Below are positions 1 through 13,067 of a DNA stretch of 64,000 nt, piece by piece (positions within the stretch are counted from its first letter, which is position 1; the number at the start of each line of letters is the position of its first letter). A program made the position numbers and the translations under genes. The stretch lies in assembly GCA_964016885.1 (NCBI GenBank), contig OZ024742.1, forward strand, positions 192,200,001 to 192,264,000, in the 5' to 3' direction. Under the pieces are notes generated by a model. The model was not told where the DNA came from, ran no database searches, and was given only the letters and a program-made list of their open reading frames with translations. This DNA is from Eledone cirrhosa (taxonomy: Eukaryota).

Positions 1-1100
1 TGTTACTTCTAGTCAAATGTTACTTCTTGTCAAAGATTGCTTCTAATCAAAGACTACCTCTGGTCAAAGACTGCTTCTAGTCAAAGATTGCTCCTAGTCA
101 AAGATTGCCTCTAGTCAAATGTTACTTCTAGTCAAATGTTACTTCTTGTCAAAGATTGCTTCTAATTAAAGACTCCCTCTCGTCAAAGACTGCTTCTAGT
201 CAAATATTGCTCGTAGGCAAATGTTACCTCTAGTCAAATGTTACCTCTAGTCAAATGTTACTTCTTGTCAAAGAGTGCTTCTAATCAAAGATAACCTATC
301 GTCAAAGACTGCTTCTAGTCAAAGATTGCTCCTAGTCAAAGATTGCTCCTAGTCAAATGTTACCACTAGTCATAGATTGCCTCTAGTCAAATGTTACTTC
401 TAGTCAAATGTTACTTCTTGTCAAAGATTGCTTCTTATCAAAGACTACCTCTGGTCAAAGACTGCTTCTAGTCAAAGATTGCTCCTAGTCAAAGATTGCT
501 CCTAGTCAAATGTTACCACTAGTCAAAGATTGCCTCTAGTCAAATGTTACTTCTAGTCAAATGTTACTTCTTGTCAAAGATTGCTTCTAATCAAAGACTA
601 CCTCTGGTCAAAGACTGCTTCTAGTCAAAGATTTCTCCTAGTCAAAGATTGCTCCTAGTCAAATGTTACCACTAGTCAAAGATTGCCTCTAGTCAAATGT
701 TACTTCTAGTCAAATGTTACTTCTTGTCAAAGATTGCTTCTAATCAAAGACTACCTCTGGTCAAAGACTGCTTCTAGTCAAAGATTACTCCTAGTCAAAG
801 ATTGCTCCTAGTCAAATGTTACCACTAGTCAAAGATTGCCTCTAGTTAAATGGTACTTCTAGTCAAATGTTACTTCTTGTCAAAATTGCTTGTAATCAAA
901 GACTACCTCTGGTCAAAGACTGCTTCTAGTCAAAGATTGCTCCTAGTCAAATGTTACCACTAGTCAAAGTGTGTCATTAGTCAATGACTGCTCCAAGGAA
1001 AGACTGTTTCTAGTCAAATGTTATCTCTAGTGAAAGACAGTCTCTCGTGACCGGTTGTCTCATGTTAACGACTATCTCTTTTCAAAAGTTGCTTCTAATA
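1..1100. repeat. Minisatellite of 17-bp monomers (e.g. tgttacttctagtcaaa, gattgctcctagtcaaa) organised as a 9-mer, 153-bp higher-order repeat
   Basis: gtcaaa recurs every 17 bp; the variant gactacctctggtcaaa recurs at about 443, 596, 749 and 901; the array decays after about 960 and runs off the left edge. Confidence 0.95.
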
Positions 1101-1199
1101 AGAAGTCTAAACGAACTTCATCGTACTTTGACTCCATGATCTAGAATCGATAGAGCATCACACAAAATGACTTATGGTTTTTAGCTACAGTTCTTTACT

Positions 1200-1346
1200 T
1201 TCTGGGTTCAAATTCTGTTGAGATCAACATAAATTTTCATCGTCCCAAGGTCGATTAATTAAAGTACCAGTTAAGCACTGGGGTTCGAAATAAGTAACTA
1301 TTTCCATCCCCCAAACTGCTGGCCATGTACCTAACTTTGAAACCAT
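1200..1346 (+). mobile_element. Diverged SINE family A fragment
   Basis: B-box-like ggttcaaattc followed by a diverged core (ttttcatc..ggtcgat..aagtaccagt..gctggcc) matching the 55790-56012 copy. Confidence 0.75.
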
Positions 1347-1444
1347 AAATATAATCTGCCGTGTTAGATATGTGACATCTTTATCTTCCTACTATTTGAT
1401 ACAATACTCATTTAATTATTCATTGATTTCAATAATTACTCTAC

Positions 1445-1716
1445 CAGGGCCTCACTCTCACTCGATGCTACAGCTACAGACTCAAAGAGGCCCCGCAGCA
1501 AGCCTCGCACCAGATGGTGTAATGTCCTCAAGAAAGATCTCCAGAGGCTCGACATCGCCTTGCAGGATGCTGAGAGGCTGGGATGGGACCAACAGCGATG
1601 GAGGGCACTTGTGGATCTAGTCGGCTCTACGCACAATCATGCCACAATCATGCCTCTGGGATCACTGACCTAGTACGACCCGCAGACACATCGAACAAGA
1701 GCAAAAAGAAGAAGAA
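1445..1716 (+). mobile_element. 5'-truncated RTE-like LINE 3' end
   Basis: A frame missing from the ORF track reads KRPRSKPRTRWCNVLKKDLQRLDIALQDAERLGWDQQRWRALV, matching the RTE-type C-terminal pattern RGRP..RW...V..DL.....A.DR..WR; ends in a (GAA)n-like tail; GC-rich island. Confidence 0.8.
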
Positions 1717-2652
1717 ATATATTTATTTTAACGATCTGGATTGTAAATAAGCATGGACATAATAAATACACACAATTTGATCGTTAGAGTCTAGGTACGT
1801 AAGATTACAGAATACAGACAATGGCATAATATTCTCGTTATAGGTGGGTGGTTCATTTTGTTTGGTAAATTAACCAGAATAAAAACGGAACCTGCATTTG
1901 ATTTTTGTTTTACTGTTCTGGCAGAGGCTTGATTCATTCCTGAAGAGGCACCACTTGAGATTCTAAATAGCTTTGCATACCTAAAGATGCCTGAATTTGT
2001 TTAATTTCAATGATCGTTCTACTGTGTTAATAGACTTCTTATGCCAGATGCCAGTATGACGATAGCAGTAACATACTTCATGTTAAATTACAATGTGAAC
2101 TTCAGTGGCTAAGGAAAGATTAAGTCTAGACATGTCTATAACTTCCATACAAAAATTTACATTAATTTGACGCCGACCAAACAAATAATAGACCCAAACC
2201 TATATTCATCTCAGATTTATGTAAATTATGTATCTATAGTGCACGGTTAATACTGATTGAGTGATGGGCCATTATTTATAATTAATACAATAATGCACAA
2301 GCATAGAATGTACCACTGTATGATGAATTATGACCAATAATATATATATATATATATTCGTATATATGAATGTATGTATATGTGTATAGATATGCATGTA
2401 TATTTGTATTTGTGAAGAAAAGTTGTATATAATAGTCAAGAGGCTTGTATACAGGCGAGAAGCCTATATATAAAAGCAAAAATGTTATGTATATATATAT
2501 ATGTGTGTGTGTGTGTCTGTCTGTGTGGTGGATAACAATTCCAGAATAATGTGAACAGATGCAAGAAGATTATAGTGAAAGGCTATGTAGTATATATAAA
2601 TTCAATAAAGTTGTATAGAAAAGCTAGAGAGCTGTGTATATATAAATAATAA

Positions 2653-2768
2653 TTGTTTTTACTTTTGGCACAAGGCCAGCAATTGCCCAGTACATTACTG
2701 GTACTTTATTTTATCGACCCGGTAAGGATGAAAGGCAAAATTAACCTCGGCGGGATTTGAACTCAGAA
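2653..2768 (-). mobile_element. SINE family A, short form, 5'-truncated
   Basis: Reverse complement of tctgagttcaaatcccgccgagg..gcctttcatcctt..ggtcgataaaataaagtaccagt..gctggccttgtgcc. Confidence 0.9.
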
Positions 2769-3333
2769 TGGCAATAATAGCAAGAATACCATATTCAATA
2801 GCAACAAGAGTTTATACGAAAACAAAAAAGTGTATATATATATATATATATGAGTTCTAAAGGAGCATATACATGCGCAAGAATTTTTTATAGAATTTCA
2901 CGATAGATGTATAGTAATCAAATGAGAGATATACCCGAGTAGGAAATGTATATACAAAACCTAAAATGTGATATACAGTTGCAAAAATAGGATATAGAAA
3001 TGTAATAGAGAGTGTATAAATAAGCAGGAGAGTACAATAAAAAGAAGTATTTAGACAAAAGCAAATTAGGTTGAGTAGCTGTGGAGGAGTTTATGAATAA
3101 TAACAATTTAAAATAAGGAGATGGGTTGAGATTGAATTTATAAGAGAGGTGTGGAAGGTAGGGTGTTGTGAGACTATAATTGTATAAGGATGAGTGAGAT
3201 CGCGATGAGGGGGCTGGTGGTTGTGGAGGGAAACGTAAAGGGAATACCCAGAACTTAAAAGGAAAGGGAGACATAAAGAGACTCTAAGAGGAATGATAGG
3301 AGGTTTAGGAGTGTAAAAAGGAGGAGCAGGGGC

Positions 3334-3390
<57 letters not shown>

Positions 3391-3392
3391 TT

Positions 3393-3449
<57 letters not shown>
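3334..3449. repeat. (TAG)n microsatellite, followed by an (AAAT/AAAC)n tract to about 3735
   Basis: Directly visible. Confidence 0.95.
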
Positions 3450-3939
3450 GTGGTGGTTAGAAAGACAAAAATAAGACAATGGCTAAAACAATACAACAAA
3501 ATCAAAGATCAATTTTTGTTTGGAGAGGAGGAAGAATTTAAAAAAATAAAATAACAAATAAACAAATAAACAAATAAACAAACAAACAAACAAACAAATA
3601 AATAAATAAAATAAATATATAATTAAATTAAATAAATAAATATATAAGTAAATAAAACAAATAAATATATAAATAAATAAAATAAATAAATGTTTAAATA
3701 AATTACATAAATATAATAATAAATAAAATAAACAAATGAATAATGGAAATCAATAGGTTCTTTTGAAATTAATTTTTTTCTGTAAAAGAGATTTCACATT
3801 TCGAAAAGGATATTTATATTTCTAAATTTCAATACAATCGGAAGCTGCTGCGATAGGTATTCTTTCATTAAAACGTGTGTTACTAGCAACCATTCTTGTC
3901 TTCATTAAACCTCAGGTTTTGGCGGGTCCATTTTATTAT

Positions 3940-4381
3940 TACCGTAAAATTCCATTATAACGGGGTATTAAAAAAAATCTTTATAACGAGATCGACCTAA
4001 CACATTGAGCGTGAGGTCGGGGATGGACAAAAATTTTCATACTGAAAAATTTGTTATAACGAGATCGACATATCACATTGAGCATGAGGCCGGGGATTGA
4101 AAAAAATTTCGTATACTGAAAAATTCGTTATAATAAGATCGACCTAACACATTGAGCATGAGGCCGGGGATTCAAAAAAATTTCGTATACTGAAAAATTC
4201 GTTATAAAAAGATCGAGATAACACATTGAGCATGAAGCCGGGGATTGAAAAAAATTTCGTATACTGAAAAATTCGTTATAAGATCGACCTAACACATTGA
4301 GCATGAGGCAGGGGATTGAAAAAAATTTCGTATACTGAAAAATTCGTTGTAATGGTATTCGTTATAACATAATTTTACATG
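3940..4381. mobile_element. MITE-like element with five internal ~74-bp tandem units
   Basis: Imperfect terminal inverted repeats (gtaaaattccattataacg / cgttataacataattttac); cacattgagc recurs at about 4001, 4074, 4148, 4222, 4293; each unit repeats the TIR word gttataac. Confidence 0.65.
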
Positions 4382-4604
4382 CATTTTTTTTAGGCGTATT
4401 CTACCCAATAGGAAGAACAAAAACCAATTTTATTTTGTTTATTTTCCTGTTTCTTTTTTTTTTTTTGCTTTATGTTATTTTTGTTCATTTTTTGTCTCGT
4501 CTTTTCTAGAACTTTCGAAAATTTTCTTTCTACACTCCTAATCACAGGATATTGTTTTCTATAACTACCTCTTCTTTATTTATTTCACTTTAACTACTAC
4601 TACA

Positions 4605-4660
<56 letters not shown>

Positions 4661-4710
4661 ATAAATATATGTATGTGTATATATATATAAACATATATAT
4701 ATATATATAT

Positions 4711-5103
4711 ATATTAAAATATAAATATTAATAAAATAGATGTTCTTTTGATCAATTACATTTTATTATAAATATTTCGGATGTACAACAGTACGTCCTT
4801 ATCAGACAAAATATAATGATACATGACATACCCTGAGATGTTAAGTGGTTAAGATTACCTTGATTAAATCTTAACCATTTAAAATCTCAGGGTATGTCAT
4901 GTATCATTATATTTTGTCTGATGAGGACGTACTGTTGTACATCCGAAATATTTATAATAAAATGTAATTGATCAAAAGAACATCTATTTTATTAATATTT
5001 ATATTTTAATATTAATAACTCCGGAAAATTATTTTTTTGTAGAGTGCTTCCAATCTACTGTAAATCTCATTCTTTGACATACTCATTGAATATTGTTTAA
5101 CAC

Positions 5104-5108
<5 letters not shown>
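4711..5108 (+). mobile_element. PLE-type terminal repeat fragment with inverted 5' copy (fold-back), inserted in (TA)n
   Basis: Arms of ~146 bp (4711-4856 / 4868-5012) with three visible mismatches; right arm extends ~95 bp further; contains a hammerhead; (TA)n on both sides. Confidence 0.85.
4906..4968 (+). ncRNA. Type I hammerhead ribozyme motif
   Basis: Stem I auuauauuuugu/auaaaauguaau; CUGAUGA (4918-4924); stem II GGACGUAC-uguu-GUACAUCC; GAAA; minimal stem III; AUA cleavage triplet. Confidence 0.88.
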
Positions 5109-5152
<44 letters not shown>

Positions 5153-5178
5153 TATGTATGTATGTATATATAAACATA

Positions 5179-5224
<46 letters not shown>

Positions 5225-5233
5225 TATACATAC

Positions 5234-5309
<76 letters not shown>

Positions 5310-5486
5310 AGTATGTTTTCCTGCATGCAAAATACATATAGGGACACATGTATTATCCAACCGTATGCCAATGTGGTTCTATGGCCGGTTAATAAGTTAA
5401 CGAGCCAGAACATATATAATCAAGGTTTAGCAAATAAGAACAAGTTTTTTAAAAAATGTTTAAAGTTCACTGTACCTGCGACAATT

Positions 5487-5569
5487 ACCCTTACCGCGCG
5501 GTTTCAAATCTCAAAATAAATGGATAATCCATGCGGAATCCATTGAGAAGAAGACTTTCGTCAGAGGGT
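5487..5569 (-). ncRNA. Type I hammerhead ribozyme motif with long loop II
   Basis: acccu CUGACGA aaguc[long]gauuu GAAA ccg-cg-cgg UA agggu; palindromic stem III; GUA triplet. Confidence 0.85.
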
Positions 5570-5729
5570 TCTTCTCACTCGGAAAATATAAAATTCCCGA
5601 GTTCAAATCACGAACTGGCACCATACAGAACTGTTCCCGGATGAGAGTGTATGATGAAGAAACAATCTTGTCTAGTGCCGTGTGTAAAGATAGAAGGCAG
5701 GATAATGTTATATTCTCCGAGTGAGAAGA

Positions 5730-5813
5730 ACACTCTGACGAAAGTCTTCTTCTGAATGGATTTCCGCATGGATTATCCATTTATTTTGAGACTTGAAACC
5801 GCACGGTAAGGGT
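5730..5813 (+). ncRNA. Type I hammerhead ribozyme motif (inverted copy of 5487-5569)
   Basis: acacu CUGACGA aaguc[long]gacuu GAAA ccg-ca-cgg UA agggu; one stem I mismatch. Confidence 0.8.
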
Positions 5814-6220
5814 AATTCTAGCAGATACAGTGAACTTTATAAAATTTATTTTAAAGCTTTTCATTATTTGCTAAACCTTGATTATATATATATATATATA
5901 TATATATACCCAGTTACCTAATGTACCCTCCATTACATATGTATCTATAGGTGTGTATGTGTTTGTGTGTGTTCGTTAAATATGAGAATGCGTGCGTTTG
6001 TGTCATGATAAAGATATATATGACTGTGTCTGTGTCTGTGTGCATGCGTACGTATATTCAGTGCAGACATTTTAACGCATGTCTAGATGCACGCGTTTGT
6101 CATTGCACACGTGTATGTGCTGGTAAGAGAGCGGAGAAAAAAAGGGAAAGGAGAATCTGTGTATGGATTCTTTGAGTGAGTGAGTGAAAAGCGAGGTAAA
6201 TTGAAAATGAATTATAAGAA

Positions 6221-6221
<1 letters not shown>

Positions 6222-6303
<82 letters not shown>

Positions 6304-6597
6304 TCTCTCTCTCTCTTTCTTTCTCTCTGTCATTCTTTCTCTCTCTTTCTTTTTCTCTCTCTTTCTCTCTCTCTATCTATCTCACTCAATATATGAGTGT
6401 GTGAGTATATATATATATATACACATCTCTCTCTCTCTCGTTCTCTCTCTCTCTCTCGTTCTCTCTTTCTCTCTCTTTCTATGTCTCTCTCTCTCTTTCT
6501 CTCTCTCTTTATCTCTCTCTTTCTCTAACTTTCTTTTTCTCTCTCTTTCTCTCTCTATCTATTTCACTCAATATATGAGTGTGTGAGTATATATACA

Positions 6598-6676
<79 letters not shown>

Positions 6677-6835
6677 CTCTCTTTCTCTCTTTCTCTCTCT
6701 TTCTCTCTCTTTCTCTCTCTTTCTCTATCACTCTCTCTCTCTATGTCTTTCTCTCTATCTATCTCACTCAATATATTAGTGTGTGAGTATATATATATAT
6801 ACATATCTATCTATCTGTGTCACTCTCTCTCTCTA
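6222..6835. repeat. Compound tandem triplication (~190 bp) of (CT)n plus a unique linker
   Basis: ctatctcactcaatatatgagtgtgtgagtatatata recurs at about 6377, 6559 and 6759 between (CT)n tracts. Confidence 0.85.
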
Positions 6836-6945
6836 TATATATGTGTGTGTGTGTGTATGCGTATGTGTATATCTGTGTGTATTACTCTATTTAATCTTTT
6901 TCGTGTTCCAGCCGACAGACGGAGGCCGTGCTGGGGCACCGTCTT

Positions 6946-7117
<172 letters not shown>

Positions 7118-7167
7118 TATATACAATGATATTAAATAAATGGAAACTATATTTATAAAACCATATT

Positions 7168-7228
7168 TATTCTATTATATATATTTCAAGGGTACCAACA
7201 CTTTGGTACGCTTTCATCAGATAAAATA
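7168..7228 (-). ncRNA. Type I hammerhead ribozyme motif in a ~170-bp module between (TA)n tracts
   Basis: uauuuuau CUGAUGA aagcguacc..gguacccuu GAAA uauaua UA auagaaua. Confidence 0.85.
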
Positions 7229-7294
7229 CAAAGTTTGCTTTAGAAATGTTGACATAATCAAGGAGAAAATACCTTAACGGTTCAATTTTTTCTT

Positions 7295-7349
<55 letters not shown>

Positions 7350-7409
7350 TACATATATAATATATATATTCATACACACACACGCACACACATATCTATC
7401 TATATATAA

Positions 7410-7635
7410 TTCATTTAAAGTATTAATTTATTAATTTATTATTTGTGTGACCCGAATTTTCCTGGTCGTTTTTTTCCGCTGTGCGAATGATTTTAAGCAT
7501 TGTCTCTATGTGTTGGTATTTAAACGATAGTTATAGCTCTGGTTTATCCAAACTATTGAGCCCTTTGCCACACATTTCGAAGATTGTGTTTCGTGATTTC
7601 GTGGGCCGAGATTCCGATTCTCGATTATTTATTTG
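7410..7635 (+). mobile_element. Diverged copy of the terminal repeat of the 21551-22468 element
   Basis: aacgatagttatagctctg..tattgagccct..catttcgaa..ccga..ctcgat matches the reverse complement of 21551-21780 and ends at the same point before (TA)n. Confidence 0.85.
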
Positions 7636-8419
7636 TATATATATATATATATATATATATAAATCTGTTTACATGTGAATATATACATACATACATACAT
7701 TCATACATACATATATACATGTATACATAAATACATGTATATGTATGTATATGTGTTTGTCAGTAAATGTTAAATGCAAATGGCGTGTATGTAGTATGTC
7801 AAGAACATAACTGAAATTGTCATTCAACAATCTATTTCGGGAAAAAGCAGTATTCTTTAAATAAGAAATGCACAATGAAAAAGATGGAAACAAACAAAGC
7901 ATCTATCTAAACATGCATTTGCAGTTCATACATGTGCAACTGCTGCACTCAGCAACCTTATTCAGGTACGAGTTCATGTCAGTACATGCACTCATTTTCC
8001 ACAACAAGTCTTCCAGAAAAATCATCCAAACTCAGCAGGTATTTGCATGTATAGTCACCTTTTTGGGAAGTACATCTATCTATGTCTGTGATGTGCCCTG
8101 CGTGGGGTCGTATGGATCGGTAGATGTGTGGAAGGTTGAAGGGTTTGGCTGGTTAGATGTATGTATGGATGGATACATGGATGCACGGTTAGATAAAGAA
8201 TGAGTTAGACAAATGGAAGTATAGATAAACGGATAGATAAATACTTAGATATATTGATGGGTGGTTGAATGGGTAGGCAGATGAATAGATACATAGACGG
8301 ATGGATAGTTAGAGGGAGAGCCAGAAGGATGGGTGGATAGATTAATGGCTATATTTAATGAGTACACGAATGGATGGGTAAATGTTTGGATGTATGGATG
8401 GACGGTTGAATAGAGTGAA

Positions 8420-8570
8420 ATAGACGGATGGATGGGGAGATAAATGAACGGATGGGTGGGGAGATACATGAACGGATGGGTGGAGAGATAAATGAACGGA
8501 TGGGTGGGGAGATAAATGAACGGATGGGTGGGGAGATAAATGAACGGATGGGTGGGTAAATAAATGAATG
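8420..8570. repeat. 24-bp minisatellite (gagataaatgaacggatgggtggg)
   Basis: About six units inside a (GGAT)n-like region. Confidence 0.9.
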
Positions 8571-8814
8571 AATGGGTAGGTGTCGTTATTAATTGGATAG
8601 GTTGACTGATAGCTTGATTGATATCAAAATTGAGAGATATGTAGATAAATAGATATGTTCCGTTATTTGTCACAAGGGCGCACAAGAAATGGAACATTAC
8701 AAGACGTGACGGTGAGGCTTTTACATAAAAATAGAGAAATAGATAGATAGACATACAGGTACACATATAGATAGATAGACAGAGAGATAGAGAGAGATAT
8801 ATACAGGGATAGAT

Positions 8815-8845
<31 letters not shown>

Positions 8846-9685
8846 GAGACAGAGAGAGAGATGTCGGTGGTGTTTCAACCTCGGTAAGCACTGGTCTAGC
8901 TGTGTTCCAATCTTTAAGTCAACAGAACAACCAGCTTATAAAATGAACGTTTAACTGGCTGAGCTTTCCACAGACACATGTATATTAAACGTAGTTATCA
9001 GGGAGATTCAGTGCAACACTCTCCTTGAGTAACAAGACAGGCTCATTGAATTACACGTACCATTCATCTGACGAGCTTCTAAACAATCTCTGCCTACCTA
9101 ATTTTACTCTCAAAGCATAGATCAACACAATTGATTTAGAGACGAATTTCTTAATCATTCATACACGGTGTGTGTACGTCAACATCTATGCACTTGAAAA
9201 AGTCATTAATTCTGATGAAGCATTTTCATTTCTGTATAAATGTCACGATATTTATTTTATCAAGTTAGCATATGCTGCCATATTATTCGAGTTTAAGGCT
9301 CTTAATTAAAAGTTCTGTGTTATGCATGGACCTCCCGTATAGGTCGATTCCCAAACAGGCTCTACTGAGGACATCTCTCCTATGAATGTCCTAACTGATG
9401 TCTACATTATAGGTACAGTTTATTATAGGATAACACTACGATACACATATTTTTTATTGTAGTAACACTCGGTAGTACACATTCTACAGAATACCACATA
9501 ATGATCTTTCTCATGGTGGCATGTTCTAAATGATGATTATAATATATTATACATACGGAATATTACACATTAGAAGGACTTCTGCAAAATACCTAAGCAA
9601 AAAGCGTACTTATTGCTGGCTATCCTAGGGATATTCTAGACCATAATATTAATACTATAAAACACTTTAGTCTACTAGATTTGTA

Positions 9686-9687
<2 letters not shown>

Positions 9688-9774
<87 letters not shown>
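9688..9774. repeat. (TTA)n microsatellite at the 3' junction of the LINE
   Basis: Directly visible; matching (TTA)n at 13067-13118 and 13284-13350. Confidence 0.97.
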
Positions 9775-12700
9775 GTTCTTTGAGTCTCAGTCATTGATGT
9801 TATTTAACTGGAATATTTGTTGAAATAAATATCAAGCCACTACCTGCAGCCTCAAATATTCAGGGTTCTTGCTGTTCCCAGCAAGCATGCCTTTTGAAGT
9901 GTTCCAAAAAGCGGGGCGGGACCAATTTTCTTTAACCATCCCTGGAAACTCTTTGAGATAGTACCTAGTGCGCCTATGACAATCGGGACCACTTTGACCT
10001 CATGGCAATTCCAAATCCTTTTTACCTCCCACTTCAAGTCCTGATATCGGTTAATTTTCTCCCTCTCCTTCTCTTGCACTCTCGTGTCGAATGGGCAGGC
10101 TACACCCACAATCAGGCACGATCTTTTCCCCCTTGTCCAAAACCACCAGGTCAGGTCTATTGTGTTCCAGTTTCTTGTCCGTCTGTATCCTAAAATCCTA
10201 AAATCCCACAGCACCTTCACCTGATCGTTTTCCATCACCGACTCTGGCTTATGCTCATACCACTTCTCACAATGTGGTAAATTGTTTACTTTGCATAGGT
10301 GCCATCACATCGTGTCTCCAGCCTTTATAGTGAGTCTGGGCTAGGTGTTTACACTCGGATACAATGTGAGCCACAGTCTCCTAACTCTCTCCACAGACCC
10401 TAAACAGTGGGCTAGCCTCCTCCTTGTAAATATGGTGTTTTAGCCACTTCGTTTTGAGGGCCTGCTCTTGAGCAGCCATTAGCATTCCTTCTGTAGCCTT
10501 TTTAAGGTCTCCTCTTTTCAACCAGTTTCATGAAGGTTGCTCTTTCTCCTTGTTTTTATTTCCTCCTTGGACATCCCCTGGCCTATTGTCCTCTCCTTCA
10601 ATACAATTCTGAGCATTGGCACCCTACTATCAGTCACGTATTTGTGTAGGTTGTTTTTCTCCATCTGAGCACGGTCCTCTATGCTAATAAGACCTCTTCC
10701 ACCTTCAGATCTCCTTAAGTAGAGTCTATCGACATCACTCCTTTTGTGGAACATGTTGTAGATAGTCAATAGCTTCCTAGTCTTCCTATCCATTTCTTTT
10801 TGTTCAGCAACATTCCATCTCAGAATTCCCGCACCGTACTTAATAATAGACACAGCTCGGGAATGTACTGTACTTATGGCATTCCTACTATTCAGATGTG
10901 ACTTTAATACGCTCCTTACTCTCCGAATGTATTCACATCTTATCAATTCCTTCATCTTTTTGTTCTTGATGTCATCAGCCTCCAGAACACCTAAATACTT
11001 GTGTCCCTCATCAGTATCAATTTCCTTTATCTTCTCACCTGTTGGTATCTGGATTCCGTTGCTTCTGCTCAATTTACCCCTCTTCATCACAAGGACTCCA
11101 CACTTACTAATACCAAATTGCATACATATATCGTTGCTGACAATACCGACATTGTCAACAAGCACATCCAACTCCTTCTCACTCTTCCCGAAGAGCTTAA
11201 GATCCTCCATGAATAGGAGGTGATTGATGGTAAGCTCTCCCTTTCCCAACTTGTATCCTGCTCTCACTTTTCGCAGTACAATGGTCAGGGGTATCAGGAC
11301 AAGGACAAACAACAGAGGGGACAAACTATCTCCCTGGAAGATACCTCTCTTGATCCTCGCGCTTCCCAAGGATTCTCCGCCTAATGTTAACTCTGTTTGC
11401 CAGGACTTCATACTTTTGCTCAACAACTGTCTGATGTTATCTGCCACCCTGAAGATCTCTAGGCTTTTGGTTATCCAAGAATGAGGTACGATGTCGAATG
11501 CCTTTTTGTAGTCTATCCATCCCATGGCAAGACCAGTGTGTCTCGTCCTGCAATTCCTCATTACCATCTTATCAATAAGTAACTGGTCCTTTGTACCACG
11601 GGAATTCTTTCGGCATCCTTTCTGTTCGTCAGGTAGCAAGTTGTTTATGTGGAGGTGATGGTAGATTTCCTCAGACACAATGCTTGTCAACAGTTTCCAC
11701 ATTACGGACAGACATGTGATAGGTCTATAGTTGGTTACATCATTACCCTTGATTCGGTCTTTCATTACCAGAACTGTGGTACCTTTTGTCAACCACTCTG
11801 GTACCTTACCTGACATCAAGCAGTTATTGAACATGGTTGTCAGTTTCGGGTGGAGGGATGTTATATTTTTAATCCAATACCCCTGCACACCATCTGGGCC
11901 TGGTGATTTCCAGTTGATTAGTTTTCTGGCCTGCCCCTTAAGAGTTTCAACTGTGATGCTCAAATCAGTTTGTTGGTGTGCCTGTTCACTAATCTCCTTT
12001 TGTACTGTTTCAATCCACACTGCCTGATCATTATGTTCAACATCCTGCTCCCATATTCCTCTCCAGAATGTTTTTGTTTGTTCCGCCTCAGGGATCAAGT
12101 CGTTGCCTCTTTCTTTCCCTTCAAGCTGCCCAAACAACATCTTCTGGTTGTTGTCAAACATGCGGTTCTGTCTATATTGACTGACTCTGCTCTCGTATCG
12201 CCTAATCTTTGCGCTCTTTGCTACAATGTGTTGCTTCAGCTCCTCCATGATAATATTTAGCTTTTTCCTCCTAGTTTTGTACTTTATTTCCAGTCTAATG
12301 TTAGTGTCCATGTTTTGTAGTGTCCCATTCAGTAGTGACTCAAGCTTTCCAATGTTATTTCTCATTTCCCTGATTTGACCATTCAGTCGTTTCTTCCACC
12401 AAGGTTATGATCTTTCTTGTTTCTTGTTTCCTCTCGCTTTTATGCCAAGTAATTTCCTCACCGCATTTGCTGTTGCTTTGAGGATATTGTTGCACTGGTG
12501 AAGGTTCCTCGCCTCAAGGTATGGGATGACTTTGTTTACCTTAGCTGTTGTTTCTTTTAACTTTTTCCTGTCTACAAATCTTAGGTTCATAGGTTTCCCA
12601 CTAAGTTTAGGATATCAACCAAATCTTGTCCTAGCCCGTCAGCATTCATTTCCTCAATGGCCGTATCTTTGTTCCAGGTATTATTTATTTCAGCATTCAG

Positions 12701-13067
12701 ATCATTGTCTGCTTCGGTTGCTTCCTCCGTTCTCTCAACCTCTTCACCTTCATCTCCCACTGGCTCGTTTGCCTGGCATACTCCACTCTCCATTTCCAAC
12801 CTAATCTCTCTGCTCAGTTCCTCCAGTTCCAGTTCGCTTATCCACCCATTAGTGCTTATTACCCGAGCCTGCCCGGCCAATTTTTGTTCATCTAATTTAA
12901 ATAGACCAATCTCGTTCCAGATTCTATGCATCCGTTTCCTATAGCCTTTTTCCTTGGGGTTACTCTTCAGGTAACATTGCATAACAGTTCTATTCAATTC
13001 TTTCGTCCAGTTGGTTCTGGTCCCATTCCTTCTTCTTCTACACCAACACCAGCAGTATTTGGATGAC
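9775..13067 (-). mobile_element. Near full-length R4/Dong-clade non-LTR retrotransposon, inactivated
   Basis: N-terminal ..NWTKELNRTVMQCY..GYRKRM; RT motifs KSPGPDG, YRPITCL, WIDYKKAFD, GIFQGDSLSPLLF, HLLFMEDLKLF; zinc-knuckle region ETVAHIVSEC; restriction-like endonuclease (VLWDF..NRPDL..KEREKINRYQDL); (TAA)n on both sides. Confidence 0.9.
10518..12365 (-). pseudogene. Reverse transcriptase domain of the R4/Dong element (largest fragment of a broken ORF spanning ~9852-13030)
   Basis: 615-aa ORF with all RT motifs; catalytic motif reads FMED instead of F/YMDD; frameshifts or stops near 12590, 12405, 10518 and 10200. Confidence 0.92.

Larger units (their letters stand above)
5297..5888 (-). 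mobile_element. PLE-type 3' fragment with inverted 5' copy (fold-back)
   Basis: Arms of ~180 bp (5412-5590 / 5708-5888); minus-strand spacer reads ..IREQFCM..LNSG, weakly like a PLE endonuclease C-terminus; (TA)n flanks. Confidence 0.8.

Noticed and set aside
1940-2000. CUGAAGA-ggca..ugcc hammerhead-like start
   Set aside because: No GAAA or stems I and III follow; at best a decayed relic
10876-12944. Plus-strand ORFs overlapping the LINE (and those over the PLEs and transposase)
   Set aside because: Antisense shadows of the minus-strand coding sequence
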